A stretch of 60,944 bases of DNA, filler included. It is 3 parts of 3 records of this genome, joined end to end, with 100 filler letters (N's around TTAATTAATTAA, not from the genome) between each part and the next. Parts side by side here need not be neighbours in the genome. Positions count along the whole stretch, not along the records: positions 28,587 to 44,707 come from SRR31156797_2672; positions 44,808 to 60,944 come from SRR31156797_2674; 1 more part is not named here. One strand, written 5' to 3'. The position numbers were made by a program, and so were the translations under genes. The notes under the pieces are model-generated. The model was not told the DNA's origin and searched no databases. It saw nothing but the letters and a program-made list of their open reading frames with translations. Shown here in pieces: positions 40,060 to 51,061 of the stretch (positions are counted from its first letter, which is position 1; every line of letters starts with the position of its first letter).

Positions 40060-41199
40060 ATGGATAAATCAAAAATCTTAATTGTTGATGATGAGAGAAT
40101 TAATATTGATATTCTAAGAAATGTGTTAATAAAAGATTATGAAGTGTTTGCTGCGCCTGATGGTGAAAAAGCTCTAAAGATTATGCCTAAAATTATGCCT
40201 GATTTGATATTACTTGATATTATGATGCCTAAAATGGATGGCTATGAAACCCTTAAAATAATAAAAAATATGTCCAAATTTGAAGATGTTCCGGTAATTT
40301 TTTTAACTGCAAGAAATGAAATAGAAAGTAAAGAAAAAGGGTTTGCACTCGGAGCCTCTGATTATATTACTAAACCATTTGAAATAGCTGAAGTTTTAAT
40401 GAGAGTTCGGACTCATATTGAGCTACTTCACTCTAAAAAAGAAGTTAAACTTTTACTATCCAAAACTCTCAGTGGAAGTGTCCAGATATTATTAGAAGTA
40501 CTTTCAATAATTAACCCCACAGTATTCAATATCTCAACTGAGATTAGAGATATAGTTAAAGTAATTGTAAAAAAAATGGGCCTTGCAAATAAATGGAAAT
40601 ATGAATTATCAGCCATGCTCTATTATATTGGCTGTTTTCCAATAAAAGATGAAATTCTGCAGAAAATAATAAAAAATGAAGAAGTTCCAGTGGAAAGTAA
40701 AAAAATGTTCGATAAACACCCTGTTCTTGGTGCAAAAATTGTATCTAAAATTCCCAGACTTGATTTTGTAGCTGAAATTATTAAAAATCAGGGAAAAGAG
40801 ATAGGTAATATTGAAACAAAGGATGAGAAAATTATTTGTGCTCAAGTTTTGGAAGTTGCAAGATATTTTACAATAAACAGATTAAGAGGAAAATCAAGTG
40901 ATGTAATCATTAAAAATCTAAGAGAGAATAAAAGAAAATTTAATGCTAATGTTGTGGAAATATTAGTAACGGAAGTACTTCATGAAGACAGTACAATTGT
41001 TCAAAATACAGGAGTTTTAGAAATAAAAGAGTTAGCCCCTGAGGAGTTGAAAGAGGGAATGGTACTGGATCAGGATATACGCTCTGTCTCAGGAGATATA
41101 ATTGCTAAAAAAGGTTCGAAAGTTAGTGTTTTATTAATAGAACATTTGAAATTAATGAGTGATATGAATAAAATTACCGGGAAAATCAAAGTATCGTAA
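40060..41199 (+). CDS. Response regulator with degenerate HD-GYP-like output domain
   Basis: Intact receiver (IVDD, LLDIMMP, DYITKP); AMLYYIG replaces LHDIG and no HHE/GYP; C-terminal LKEGMVL..DI motif. Confidence 0.8.
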   Translation: MDKSKILIVDDERINIDILRNVLIKDYEVFAAPDGEKALKIMPKIMPDLILLDIMMPKMDGYETLKIIKNMSKFEDVPVIFLTARNEIESKEKGFALGASDYITKPFEIAEVLMRVRTHIELLHSKKEVKLLLSKTLSGSVQILLEVLSIINPTVFNISTEIRDIVKVIVKKMGLANKWKYELSAMLYYIGCFPIKDEILQKIIKNEEVPVESKKMFDKHPVLGAKIVSKIPRLDFVAEIIKNQGKEIGNIETKDEKIICAQVLEVARYFTINRLRGKSSDVIIKNLRENKRKFNANVVEILVTEVLHEDSTIVQNTGVLEIKELAPEELKEGMVLDQDIRSVSGDIIAKKGSKVSVLLIEHLKLMSDMNKITGKIKVS

Positions 41200-41233
41200 T
41201 TTATATATAGCTTTCATTTAGGAGGCGTTTAGA

Positions 41234-44200
41234 ATGAAATTAAAACGAAAGACACTCCTGTTTTTTATAGGAGTAACCGGAACAATATTAGTATTTTATT
41301 TTTCATATATGATTCCGTTTGCAAAAGGAGTTTATTATGAGCATTTAAAAGATGATTTTCATCATCATTTTATGCATTTCAATGTATATTTACGTGAATT
41401 CTATTCTGATATAAGGTTTAATTTGGATAATCTCGTTGAAGATGAAAGGTTTTTGATAAGTGAAGGTGAAAATGGAAAGATTATAAACTACTTATCGCCT
41501 AGAACAGAAGAGACAATGCTTGAAATGTCTGAAGTTGAAGTAAGATTAAGAAAAAATCTAATTGGGTATAAAAATACAAAATCGACTATTCAAAATGTGT
41601 ATATTGGCTTTGAAAATGGAAGTATAGTTAGTAATCGAGGAAGACTAAATAATCATGAGCTTATATATGATCCCAGAAAACGACCATGGTATAAATTAGC
41701 CAAGGAAAATCAAAATGAAGCAGTTATTACAGAGTTTTATCCTTCTCCTGTTGAAAAAAATATTTATTTTGTAGCTGGAGCTAAAACTATAAACGATATA
41801 GCAGGAAATCAGATAGGAGTTTTTGGTTTTGATGTTAATTTAGATAATCTATTGTCATATTTTTTAACTATTTCAAAATTATCAAATGGAGAACTATTGA
41901 TACTTCAAAGTGATAGTTTATTACTTCTTTCAAAAAATGGTGATATAGAAACATTGCCAAAAGAAGAACTAATAGAAGTACGAGAGAAAACAGAAGGTTT
42001 AAATTCAAAAGGCGAACTAGTTAAATTTGGTGATGAAAAGTATTTTATTATGGTTGAAAAATTTGACATTATAAACTGGACTTTAATTTTTAGAATACCA
42101 GTTTCAAATATTGATAAAATTATTGTAGAAACATTATTGCCTTTTGTTTTAAAAGGATTACTAATGATACTGTTTACTATAGTATTAATTGCATTTGGAA
42201 TAAATAAAATATTATTTTCTCCGATTAAAGGAATCTTAGCTACAACAAAAGATATAGTTTTAAAAGGTGAAATCTCGGGAGAAGATAAATATGTAATTGA
42301 TGATGAACTTGGATTTTTATCAAATTCCTTTAGAGAAATGGCTCTGGAGCTTAAAGAACACAAAGATAATTTAGAAAAACTTATAGCCGAAAGAACCCTT
42401 GAATTATCAAAATATTCAATGGTAGTTGAGCAGAGTTCAACAATAATTGTAATGACAGATCCGGAAGGAAATCTGGAATATGTAAATCCCAAATTTTTGA
42501 GTGTAACAGGATATACAATGGAAGAGGTAATTGGAAAGAATCCAAAACTTCTCAAATCCGGAGTGACATCTCAAGAGGTATATATAGAAATGTGGAATGC
42601 AATAACAAATGGTAAAGCCTGGAGAGGTGAATTGTGTAATAGGAAAAAGAATGGTGAACTTTATTGGGAAGATACTTCAATTTTCCCAGTGAAAAATGAT
42701 AGTGGAGAAATCATAAACTATGTAGCAGTAAAAGAAGATATTACTGAAAAAAAAGAGATATTAAAATCATTAAAAGAATCGGAAGAAAAATTTAGAATTA
42801 TTGCAGATTTTACTTTTGATTGGGAATGTTGGATATCAAATGATAAAGAACTACTTTGGACTAATCCTGCTGTTGAGAGAATATCAGGTTATTCAATTGA
42901 GGAAGTAATGGAAATGCAAGATTTCTCTTCGGTTATTTTTTCAGAAAACTATATTGATAAATTTAATAGTATTTTTGATAGAGCAATTAAAGGAAAACAG
43001 ATAGGAAATGATGTAATACTTCAAATTGAAAAGAAAGATGGTGAAATTATTTGGGGTGCGATGTCGTGGAATATAGTCTATGATTCATCAGGAAATGTAG
43101 TTGGAGTAAGAACGAGTGTTCGGGATATCACAAAACGCCGAAAGGATGAAATGAAAATCCTTGAAAATGATAAAAAACTTAAAAATATAATAGATTCCTC
43201 TCCTGCTATGATGGCTATTAGAGATAAAGAAGGAAAATTCAAAACTTTGAATAGAGAGTATCGAAACTATATTGATAAACCTTATGGAGAAGTTATTAAT
43301 AAAACATTGTATGAGTTATATAAAAAAGAACTGGCAGAGAAATCAAAACTCGAAGATAACTTGGTATTTGATACAGGCGAGAAATTAATCAAGGATTTAG
43401 AATTAAGAAAAAACGGGGAAAAAAGAATTTTTTATGAAACAAGATTTCCAATTGAAAATTTGAAAGGCGAAATAATTGAGGTTGGAGAGTGGGTATTAGA
43501 TATAACAGAAAGAGTTCGTTCAGAAAATGAAATGAAACTTCTTCTTAAATCTGTAAGTGAAGGAATTATTGGAGTAGATACAGATGTAAAAATTAAGTTT
43601 ATTAATGATTCAGCTTTAAAGTTACTGAAAATAACAAGGGAAGAAGCTTTGAATTCAAAAGTTTGTGAACTGATTTTTAAATTACAACTAAAAAGTAATG
43701 AATTTGATCCTGCAAAGTGTCCAATTTTTAATTCGATTTTACAGAGACAAAAGATCTTTGTTTCAGACGGAGAATTTTCCAGATCAGATGAAACATCCAT
43801 TGATGTAGAGTACACCAGTGTTCCTATAATAAATGAAAATGAAATAGAAGGAGCGGTTGTTGTTTTTAGGGATATTTCTGAAAAATTAAAAACAGAAAAA
43901 GTAATTCGAGAAAGTGAAGAAAGGTTTAAATTTTCACTGGAGTCAATAGGAGCATTTTATTGGGTAATTAACTCTGTAGACAAAACTATAGAGTATGATT
44001 CACCTGTATTTTTTGAACAATATGGATATGGTAGTGTGGAGAACCCGTTCAATATTTCTGACTGGTTAGAGTACACTACAGAAGAAGATGGGAAAAAATT
44101 AATGTTAAATCTGACTCAGTACTTACAAGGTGAAAGTGAAAAATTTGAAGTTGAATTTAAATTAAGAAAAACTAATGGAGACTACGTCTGGTTAATGAAT

Positions 44201-44707
44201 ATTGGACGAGCAATTGAGTGGAATGAAAATGGTGAAGTTGTAAAAGTTGCAGGAATTACTCTTGATATAGATGAAAGGAAAATAGCTGAACAATTTCTGG
44301 AAAACATGTTTGAAGCTACACCGGTACCGGTATTTATTACCTCACTTCAAACTGGTAACGTTTACAAAGGAAATAGAGCGGTATTAGATTTTCTGGATTG
44401 TACACGAGAAGAGTTATATACAATAAATGTGAAAAGTTTATACGTTAATTTGGATCGAGATAGACCTAAATTAATAAAAGCGTTTCAACAGAATAAAAGA
44501 ATAGAAATTGAAATAATGAAATATAAAACAAATGAAAAACGTTGGTGTTTATTCAGTGGAAAAGAGATAGAGTATAACAATGAAAGGTGCTTGTTGGGAA
44601 GTTTTATAGATGTAACAGAATTAAGGGAAGCAAGAGAAGAAGCTGAAAAAGCAACTATTGCTAAAAGTAATTTCCTTGCAAATATGAGTCATGAGATAAG
44701 AACACCT
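41234..44707 (+). CDS. Sensor histidine kinase: Cache, HAMP, about six PAS domains, HisKA (3' truncated)
   Basis: YDPRKRPWY Cache motif, DELG.L..SF HAMP, repeated DITE/DISE PAS ends, KSNFLANMSHEIRTP. Confidence 0.9.
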
Positions 44708-44807
44708 NNNNNNNNNNNNNNNNNNNNNNNNNNNNNNNNNNNNNNNNNNNNTTAATTAATTAANNNNNNNNNNNNNNNNNNNNNNNNNNNNNNNNNNNNN
44801 NNNNNNN
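44708..44807. other. Artificial contig linker
   Basis: N-run with TTAATTAATTAA. Confidence 0.99.
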
Positions 44808-44852
44808 GAAGCCCGAAAAATGTGCAGATGCGCCGCTATCGCAAGCCGTGTC

Positions 44853-44925
44853 TCCGAACCCAATCCATAAAAAAAGGGTCCCGCGCCACAGCGCAGGACC
44901 CTTTTTTTTATGGATTGGGTTCGGA
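44853..44925. terminator. Long inverted repeat/bidirectional terminator after the GSIII gene
   Basis: TCCGAACCCAATCCATA7GGGTCC ... GGACCCT8ATGGATTGGGTTCGGA. Confidence 0.8.
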
Positions 44926-47109
44926 CTACTTGATGAAGAGCATCTCCTGATAGCTGGGAAGCGGCCAAAGATCGTCTGCGACCATGCCTTCCAAAGCGTC
45001 TGCCACTTCACGGACTTCAAGCATGGCTGGCAGAATTTTGTCGGTCTTGAACTTGGCTTCTTCCTCGACAGATTTAAAAGAATTCTGCGCCATCAACTCT
45101 TCCAATGCCTCTGTTGTCTTCTGCAATTTGCGCAGCTTGTCGGTAAGTTCACTCAAAGTGCCAAGGGTCGGCTCAATACCGGCAGCCTTGAGGCTGGCAG
45201 CGGTAGCGGCCAGTTCACCCTGATACCGGATGGCCGAAGGCAGAATAATGGTTTTGGCAATTTTCACGACCAGAGCGGACTCTGTCTGGATATGCTGATT
45301 ATACTGTTCGAAAAAGATTTCATGACGCGAATACATTTCGTCCTTGGACAAAACACCGTAGTCACTGAAGACTTTAACGACTTCCTCATCAATAAGGCTC
45401 GGCAATGCATCGACCGTAGTCTTCAAATTGGGCAGACCACGCTTTTCTGCTTCTTTCTGCCATGCATCGGCATAACCATCACCATTGAAGATGACATGGC
45501 CATGTTTTTCCATGATGCCCTTGATCACTTTCTGACAAGCGGAACTCAATTTTTTGGGATCACCCTTGGTGATTTTTTCGATCTCATCGCACATGAAGTC
45601 CAGCGATTCTGACATGATGGTGTTCAAAGCGACCTGAGAGCCAGCGATAGACTGATTGGAGCCGACAGCTCGAAACTCAAAACGGTTGCCGGTAAAAGCA
45701 AATGGCGACGTACGGTTACGATCACCGGAATCCATAGGCAACGGAGGCAAGGTGTCAACACCGACACGCAGCTTACCTTTGGCCTTGGTGCCTTTGAGAT
45801 CTCCCATTTCAATCTGGTTGAAAATTTCAGCCAGTTCGCCGCCCAAGAAAATGGAAATGATAGCAGGTGGAGCTTCGTTGGCTCCAAGGCGATGGTCATT
45901 GCCAGCCGTAGCAACAGTCGCTCGCAAAAGTTTACCGAACTTCTCCACGGCACGGATGGTAGCTGCAGTAATAGCCAGGAACTGCATGTTCTCGTGCGGG
46001 GTTGCACCCGGAGAATACAAGGAGCCCTGTGTCGGAGTAGATAGGGAGTAGTTCAAATGCTTGCCCGAACCATTGATGCCAGCGAACGGTTTTTCGTGCA
46101 GCAGGCAAGCCATACCATAACGCTTGGCAACACCTTTCAAGGTAGTCATGATCATCTGGTTATGATCTGTGGCAAGGTTGGCCTGCTCAAAAACAGGAGC
46201 AATTTCAAACTGACCAGGAGCCACCTCGTTATGACGGGTTTTAACCGGCACACCGAGCTTGTACAGTTCACGCTCGACTTCCAACATAAAAGCAAGCACA
46301 CGGCGAGGAATAGCTCCAAAATAGTGATCGTCCAGTTCCTGCCCCTTGGCGGGCTTGGCTCCGAACAAAGTTCGTCCGCACACCATCAGGTCAGGACGGG
46401 CAAAGTAAAAATTACGATCCAGAAGGAAGTATTCCTGCTCGGGACCGGCATTGGATACGACCATTTCACCATCGTCGTTACCAAACAGACCGAGAAAACG
46501 ACGACCAGCCTTGTTGATAGCCTGATTCGCACGAAGCAACGGCGTTTTCTTGTCCAGAGCATGTCCTTTCCAGGAAATGAACGCAGTGGGAATACAGAGG
46601 AAAGTACCGTTGGGATTTTCCAGAATGTATGCCGGATTGGTCACGTCCCAAGCAGTATAACCACGGGCTTCAAAGGTGGCACGCAAGCCACCGGAGGGGA
46701 AAGATGAAGCATCGGGCTCACCCTGAATCAACAGCTTGGCGTCAAATTCGGCAATAGCTCCACCTTCTCCATCGGGAGACAGGAAGCCGTCGTGCTTCTC
46801 GGCAGTCAGACCGGTCAGCGGATAAAAAACATGAGTATAATGAGTTGCGCCTTTTGAAATGGCCCACTCTTTCATTGCGGCAGCAATCGGACCTGCAATG
46901 GCCGGGTCCATCTCCTCACCGCTCTGCTTGGTGGCCATCAGGGACTTGTAGATGTCCTTGGGCAACATGTTCTTCATGACCTTGTCATTGAAGACGTTGG
47001 AACCGAAGACCTCGGTCGGAGAGGTTTCGGAAAAATTCAATGGCTCAACAGTAGGGGTATAATTCGTCACTGCAGCTATGGCGTTCTGACGGGTCTGATA
47101 TCCGCTCAT
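44926..47109 (-). CDS. glnN: Glutamine synthetase type III
   Basis: [81 protein letters not shown]. Confidence 0.96.
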   Translation of the reverse strand: MSGYQTRQNAIAAVTNYTPTVEPLNFSETSPTEVFGSNVFNDKVMKNMLPKDIYKSLMATKQSGEEMDPAIAGPIAAAMKEWAISKGATHYTHVFYPLTGLTAEKHDGFLSPDGEGGAIAEFDAKLLIQGEPDASSFPSGGLRATFEARGYTAWDVTNPAYILENPNGTFLCIPTAFISWKGHALDKKTPLLRANQAINKAGRRFLGLFGNDDGEMVVSNAGPEQEYFLLDRNFYFARPDLMVCGRTLFGAKPAKGQELDDHYFGAIPRRVLAFMLEVERELYKLGVPVKTRHNEVAPGQFEIAPVFEQANLATDHNQMIMTTLKGVAKRYGMACLLHEKPFAGINGSGKHLNYSLSTPTQGSLYSPGATPHENMQFLAITAATIRAVEKFGKLLRATVATAGNDHRLGANEAPPAIISIFLGGELAEIFNQIEMGDLKGTKAKGKLRVGVDTLPPLPMDSGDRNRTSPFAFTGNRFEFRAVGSNQSIAGSQVALNTIMSESLDFMCDEIEKITKGDPKKLSSACQKVIKGIMEKHGHVIFNGDGYADAWQKEAEKRGLPNLKTTVDALPSLIDEEVVKVFSDYGVLSKDEMYSRHEIFFEQYNQHIQTESALVVKIAKTIILPSAIRYQGELAATAASLKAAGIEPTLGTLSELTDKLRKLQKTTEALEELMAQNSFKSVEEEAKFKTDKILPAMLEVREVADALEGMVADDLWPLPSYQEMLFIK

Positions 47110-47204
47110 CTCAATTCTCCTTCAGGCAAGTAAATATGAATTTTCCGACTCGGGTCGGACATAAGGGCGCCTGCCCCTCAAGTTTTCTCTTTCCGGCTCC
47201 TCTT

Positions 47205-47220
47205 AACAAGGATCATGCCA
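47205..47220 (-). promoter_or_regulatory. Sigma54 (-24/-12) promoter of the GSIII gene
   Basis: Minus strand TGGCAT-GATCC-TTGTT versus consensus TGGCAC-N5-TTGC; candidate enhancer boxes TACAAAATTGTA (47287) and ACAATTTTGAA (47330) upstream. Confidence 0.65.
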
Positions 47221-47437
47221 ACTTATAAAAATACTGAATAAACAGTGCAATAACGCTTTCGCCATATCTGCACCCCAAGAAGATAGTACAAAATTGTAAT
47301 TTTAGCACCGTTTCAAAGCACGCTATATAACAATTTTGAAAACACAAAAAATCATATTCTCATTATCTGTATTTCGCGGACACGAGATACCACCATGAAT
47401 AGATACGGAAAAGGTGTTTTTAATAAAACCTACAAAA

Positions 47438-48082
47438 TCAAAAAGGCGCGGCGGTGATAAATTCCATAGGCTTCATGCTCACCGGATGTCTAAAACGCAA
47501 GGTGGATGCGTGAAGTTTCAGTTGCCCCGGCCCGGTTCCTGTACCGTAAAGGCGATCTCCCACGATCGGAAACCCTAATCCTTTTTCATGAGAGGAATGC
47601 AGGCGCAACTGATGAGTACGCCCGGTGTGAGGCTTGAATTCAACACGAGTTTGCCCGTTTTCAACACCAAGCTTGCGCCACCGCGTAATACCATTTTTGC
47701 CTTTCACGGGATCATAGACCTGATGCGGTCGATTATCGGGATCCAGACGGAACTTCAGTTCAATGGTGCCAGCCTGTTCTTCCACCACGCCATCAAGAAG
47801 TGCGATATATCGCTTACCCACCAGTCGATCCATAAACTGCTTGGAAAGTGTCCGGTGAGCATCCACAGTGAGGGCTAAAACAAGCAAGCCGGAAGTATCC
47901 TGATCGAGTCGATGAACAGACGGCTGTTCAATGCAGTTTGGATACAGTTCTCGCACCCGTGAGACAACACAGTCTTGATGAGCCTCGCCCTTGCCGGGGA
48001 CGGACAACAATCCACTTGGTTTATTCACGACCACTATGTGCTTATCCGCATGCAAGACTTCCAAGCCGGGTTTAATCGTCAT
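47438..48082 (-). CDS. rluA: RluA family pseudouridine synthase
   Basis: VNKPSGLLSVPG, HRLDQDTSG, TGRTHQLR, PIVGD.LYG, LHA. Confidence 0.93.
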   Translation of the reverse strand: MTIKPGLEVLHADKHIVVVNKPSGLLSVPGKGEAHQDCVVSRVRELYPNCIEQPSVHRLDQDTSGLLVLALTVDAHRTLSKQFMDRLVGKRYIALLDGVVEEQAGTIELKFRLDPDNRPHQVYDPVKGKNGITRWRKLGVENGQTRVEFKPHTGRTHQLRLHSSHEKGLGFPIVGDRLYGTGTGPGQLKLHASTLRFRHPVSMKPMEFITAAPF

Positions 48083-48863
48083 TATTTTTCTCCAGACCGC
48101 ACAGCATATATCCGAGAATGCGGCCACATTTATGCAAGCAGGACGGATAAAATTCGCCATGCAATTTAGTCTCGGACCGATTGGTTTTTCCAAAATAAAA
48201 CTCAGTCAGTCCCAACGGAGTAAGCCCATTGGCGGCAGCATAGCCAAGAAGTTTGGGGGCGCAACAGTCTCCGGTCCCGGTAGGGATGCCTTCCTTGCCA
48301 AAAACAGCAAGAGGCAAGGGCACACATCCACCACGGAAATTGGATATCCTGAACATGGCGTGAATTTCCCGCATCAAGACTTGAGAGGCTTTCTTTCGTT
48401 TATAGATAAGCAGTTGTCGGGCCGGAGAATTTCTCGGCAATCCGGCAATTTCACGCCCCATCTGTTTGATACGCATCTCTTCCTCAAACGTGTCTCGTTT
48501 AAACCGCTGCACATCCAGAAGAGGGTCAACCCAACCATCCACCTGCCAAAGTGAGTTATACTGACCAGAAAACGCCTTAAGCACGAACGTGTTCCCGACC
48601 TGATCGCGGACAACCAATACGCCAAACATCTGTCCTCGGGCCGGGCCATAGAGGTAGTCGGTTGATAATTGTGGATCGGCTTCTGTGTCCGGCACATCGA
48701 AATCAAGGCGCCCGGCCTGTTCCAATCGACGAAGAAGAGCCAAAGCCGGGCTACGGGAAGGACCGACAGGCAACATATGCTCTCGCCCACACCGCGCGCA
48801 CATGCCACGACATGATGTCGAAGGGTCGTCTTCACCCGTCAATTCAATTGGTTCCAATATCAT
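48072..48863 (-). CDS. Cys-rich protein resembling the N-terminal extension of long-form RluA enzymes
   Basis: GQMFGVLVV, LKAFSGQ, GTGDCCAPKLL, EFYFG, HGEFYPSCLHKC..IL; overlaps the rluA start. Confidence 0.75.
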   Translation of the reverse strand: MILEPIELTGEDDPSTSCRGMCARCGREHMLPVGPSRSPALALLRRLEQAGRLDFDVPDTEADPQLSTDYLYGPARGQMFGVLVVRDQVGNTFVLKAFSGQYNSLWQVDGWVDPLLDVQRFKRDTFEEEMRIKQMGREIAGLPRNSPARQLLIYKRKKASQVLMREIHAMFRISNFRGGCVPLPLAVFGKEGIPTGTGDCCAPKLLGYAAANGLTPLGLTEFYFGKTNRSETKLHGEFYPSCLHKCGRILGYMLCGLEKNNDD

Positions 48864-48895
48864 CTAAGTAGTGTCGCTGAATTATTATCTCACAG

Positions 48896-48924
48896 AAAAA
48901 GCCCCACCGCATATGCGATGGGGC
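48896..48924 (-). terminator. Intrinsic terminator of greA
   Basis: Minus strand GCCCCATCGCATATGCGGTGGGGC-TTTTT. Confidence 0.85.
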
Positions 48925-48966
48925 GAATGTACACTGTCTTTGCCCAATGACAAAGAGGTATGTCCG

Positions 48967-49458
48967 TTACTTGGTCAACCCTGCGGAGCCAAGAAATTTG
49001 ACGGACAAGATTTCGTACTCGATACGACCGCGCGGAGCGTCAACAATGGCTTCATCGCCCACTTCCTTGCCAAGAATGGCCTGCCCCATAGGGGACAGAA
49101 CGGAAATGGAACCATTCTTATGATCCGCATCGTCCGGTCCAAGCAAAGTAAAAGTGCGTACCTCTTCGGTATCGATGTCTTCAATTTCCACAGTAGAACC
49201 GAAGATAGCACGCTCTCCGCCAAGGGTGTTCAGGTCAAGGACATCAAACAACGGCATGCGCGAGTTGATGTACGTGATACGAGCTTCAAGCATGCCCTGG
49301 CGTTCACGCGCGGCATCATAGCCCGCGTTTTCGCTGAGGTCTCCCTCTTCGCGAGCTTCCTTGATAGCCTGAATAATGGCCGGACGCTGAGCCTTCAAGT
49401 CGGCCAGCTCCTGGGTAATCTTTTCGTGCCCTTCTTTTGAAATGGGAATACGATCCAT
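48967..49458 (-). CDS. greA: Transcription elongation factor GreA
   Basis: AREEGDLSENAGY.AA, FGSTV, ISVLSPMGQAILGK. Confidence 0.95.
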   Translation of the reverse strand: MDRIPISKEGHEKITQELADLKAQRPAIIQAIKEAREEGDLSENAGYDAARERQGMLEARITYINSRMPLFDVLDLNTLGGERAIFGSTVEIEDIDTEEVRTFTLLGPDDADHKNGSISVLSPMGQAILGKEVGDEAIVDAPRGRIEYEILSVKFLGSAGLTK

Positions 49459-49861
49459 TTTTGAAACCTCTCTCAATTCAAACGTCAATATATAAAAAAA
49501 AGATGCAGATCGCGCGGCATCCCTGAAAATGGGATCGCGCCCCTGCAAAAACGTCATGTACTCCTGACAATTCTCTCGTTAGAACATCATAGAGCTGCGG
49601 TCAAGGGGCGAAGTATATACTTTTTTGGAAGCTTTCTCGTAGTGCGCCTCTTTCCTCACAAGAAAGTTATCATCCTCATACAACACGAATCTGTTGACAC
49701 GACCCCGTTTTCCGGTTCAAGAATATTTTTTTACGGGATGAGTCATACGATTCCTCCCGCGATTCCCTATTTGGTTTGGAGAGGAACGCCTCAAACAACA
49801 AAACCGCCTGCCATACACGTCGTCGCATCACGACCGGCAGACATTGAACATGGAGGAGAGG

Positions 49862-51037
49862 ATGAAACGGTTTACCCTGCTGCTGTGTGCGGCCCTTTTG
49901 GCATTGACTATCATGCCTGGGCTGGCCTTTGCAAAAGATTTCACCATCGGAATGATTCTGGTCGGTCCTTATAATGATAAAGGATACAGTCAGGCTCAGT
50001 ACGAAGGCGGCAAATACGTCGAAGCCCACATGGACGGCGCAAAATTGATCTATCTCGATAAGGTCAACCCCGCAGACCGCCCCGGCCTGACCATTCCGCA
50101 AATCGTTGATGACCTCGTGGAAAAAGGCGCAGACCTGATCATCGCCGGTTCCGACGACATGAAAGACGGCATCCTTGAAGCTGCCACCATGCATCCTGAC
50201 AAGACTTTCCTCCATGTTTCCGGTGACTCTGCATGGGACGGCAAGGCTCCCGAGAACCTTGGCAACCTGTTCAGCAAGATGGAATACTCCAAAATGATGG
50301 CCGGGTTTACCGCAGCCATGACCACCCAAACCGGCAAGATCGGTGTAGTCGGCCCGCTGGTCAACGAAGAAACCCGTCGTCTCATGTCTTCCGCTTACCT
50401 TGGCGCTGCCCACGCATGGACCAAGGTCCGTGGCAAGGACCTGAAAGACCTTTCCTTCAACGTCAAATGGATCGGTTTCTGGTTCAACATTCCCGGCGTC
50501 ACCTCTGACCCGACTCAGGTAGCAGGTTCCCTGTTCGACGCTGGCTATGACGTTCTCATTTCCGGCATCGACACTCCCGAAGTCGTCACTGTTGCCAAGC
50601 AGCGCAAAGCCGCAGGCAAAAACGTCTGGGCATTGCCTTACGACTACGAAAAGGGCTGCGAAGGACAGGGCGACATCTGTCTCGGCGTTCCCTATTTCAA
50701 CTGGGGCCCCGGCTTCCTGCGCGTTTCCAAAGAGGTTGCTGAAGGCACATACAAGCCCGGTTTCGTATGGGAATCCCCCTACTGGGCTGACATCAACAAT
50801 CACGACAAATCCCCGGTTGGCTTCATGCCCGGTGAAGGCATGTCCGCCAACACCCAGAAAGCCCTGGACGCATTTGTCGCCGAACTCGGCTCCGGCAAGC
50901 TCGAACTCTTCACTGGCCCGCTCAATTATCAGGACGGCACCCCCTTCCTGAAAGCTGGCGAAAAGGGTTCCGACAAGCAAATCTGGTACATGCACCAGTT
51001 GCTCCAAGGTATGGAAGGAATCTCCTCCGCCAAATAG
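49862..51037 (+). CDS. BMP family ABC substrate-binding protein (nucleoside/purine-type)
   Basis: Signal peptide, GPYNDKGYSQA, KIGVVG, FNWGP; strong RBS GGAGGAG. Confidence 0.88.
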   Translation: MKRFTLLLCAALLALTIMPGLAFAKDFTIGMILVGPYNDKGYSQAQYEGGKYVEAHMDGAKLIYLDKVNPADRPGLTIPQIVDDLVEKGADLIIAGSDDMKDGILEAATMHPDKTFLHVSGDSAWDGKAPENLGNLFSKMEYSKMMAGFTAAMTTQTGKIGVVGPLVNEETRRLMSSAYLGAAHAWTKVRGKDLKDLSFNVKWIGFWFNIPGVTSDPTQVAGSLFDAGYDVLISGIDTPEVVTVAKQRKAAGKNVWALPYDYEKGCEGQGDICLGVPYFNWGPGFLRVSKEVAEGTYKPGFVWESPYWADINNHDKSPVGFMPGEGMSANTQKALDAFVAELGSGKLELFTGPLNYQDGTPFLKAGEKGSDKQIWYMHQLLQGMEGISSAK

Positions 51038-51061
51038 CCGTTCCAAACGGCTCTGGACACA

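Noticed and set aside
44848-46707. Plus-strand ORFs of 254, 131 and 216 aa
   Set aside because: Antisense to glutamine synthetase III with no recognisable motifs
47110-47200. Glutamine (glnA) riboswitch in the GSIII leader
   Set aside because: Only two small hairpins; the consensus I recall for glnA riboswitches is absent, and a sigma54 promoter explains the regulation
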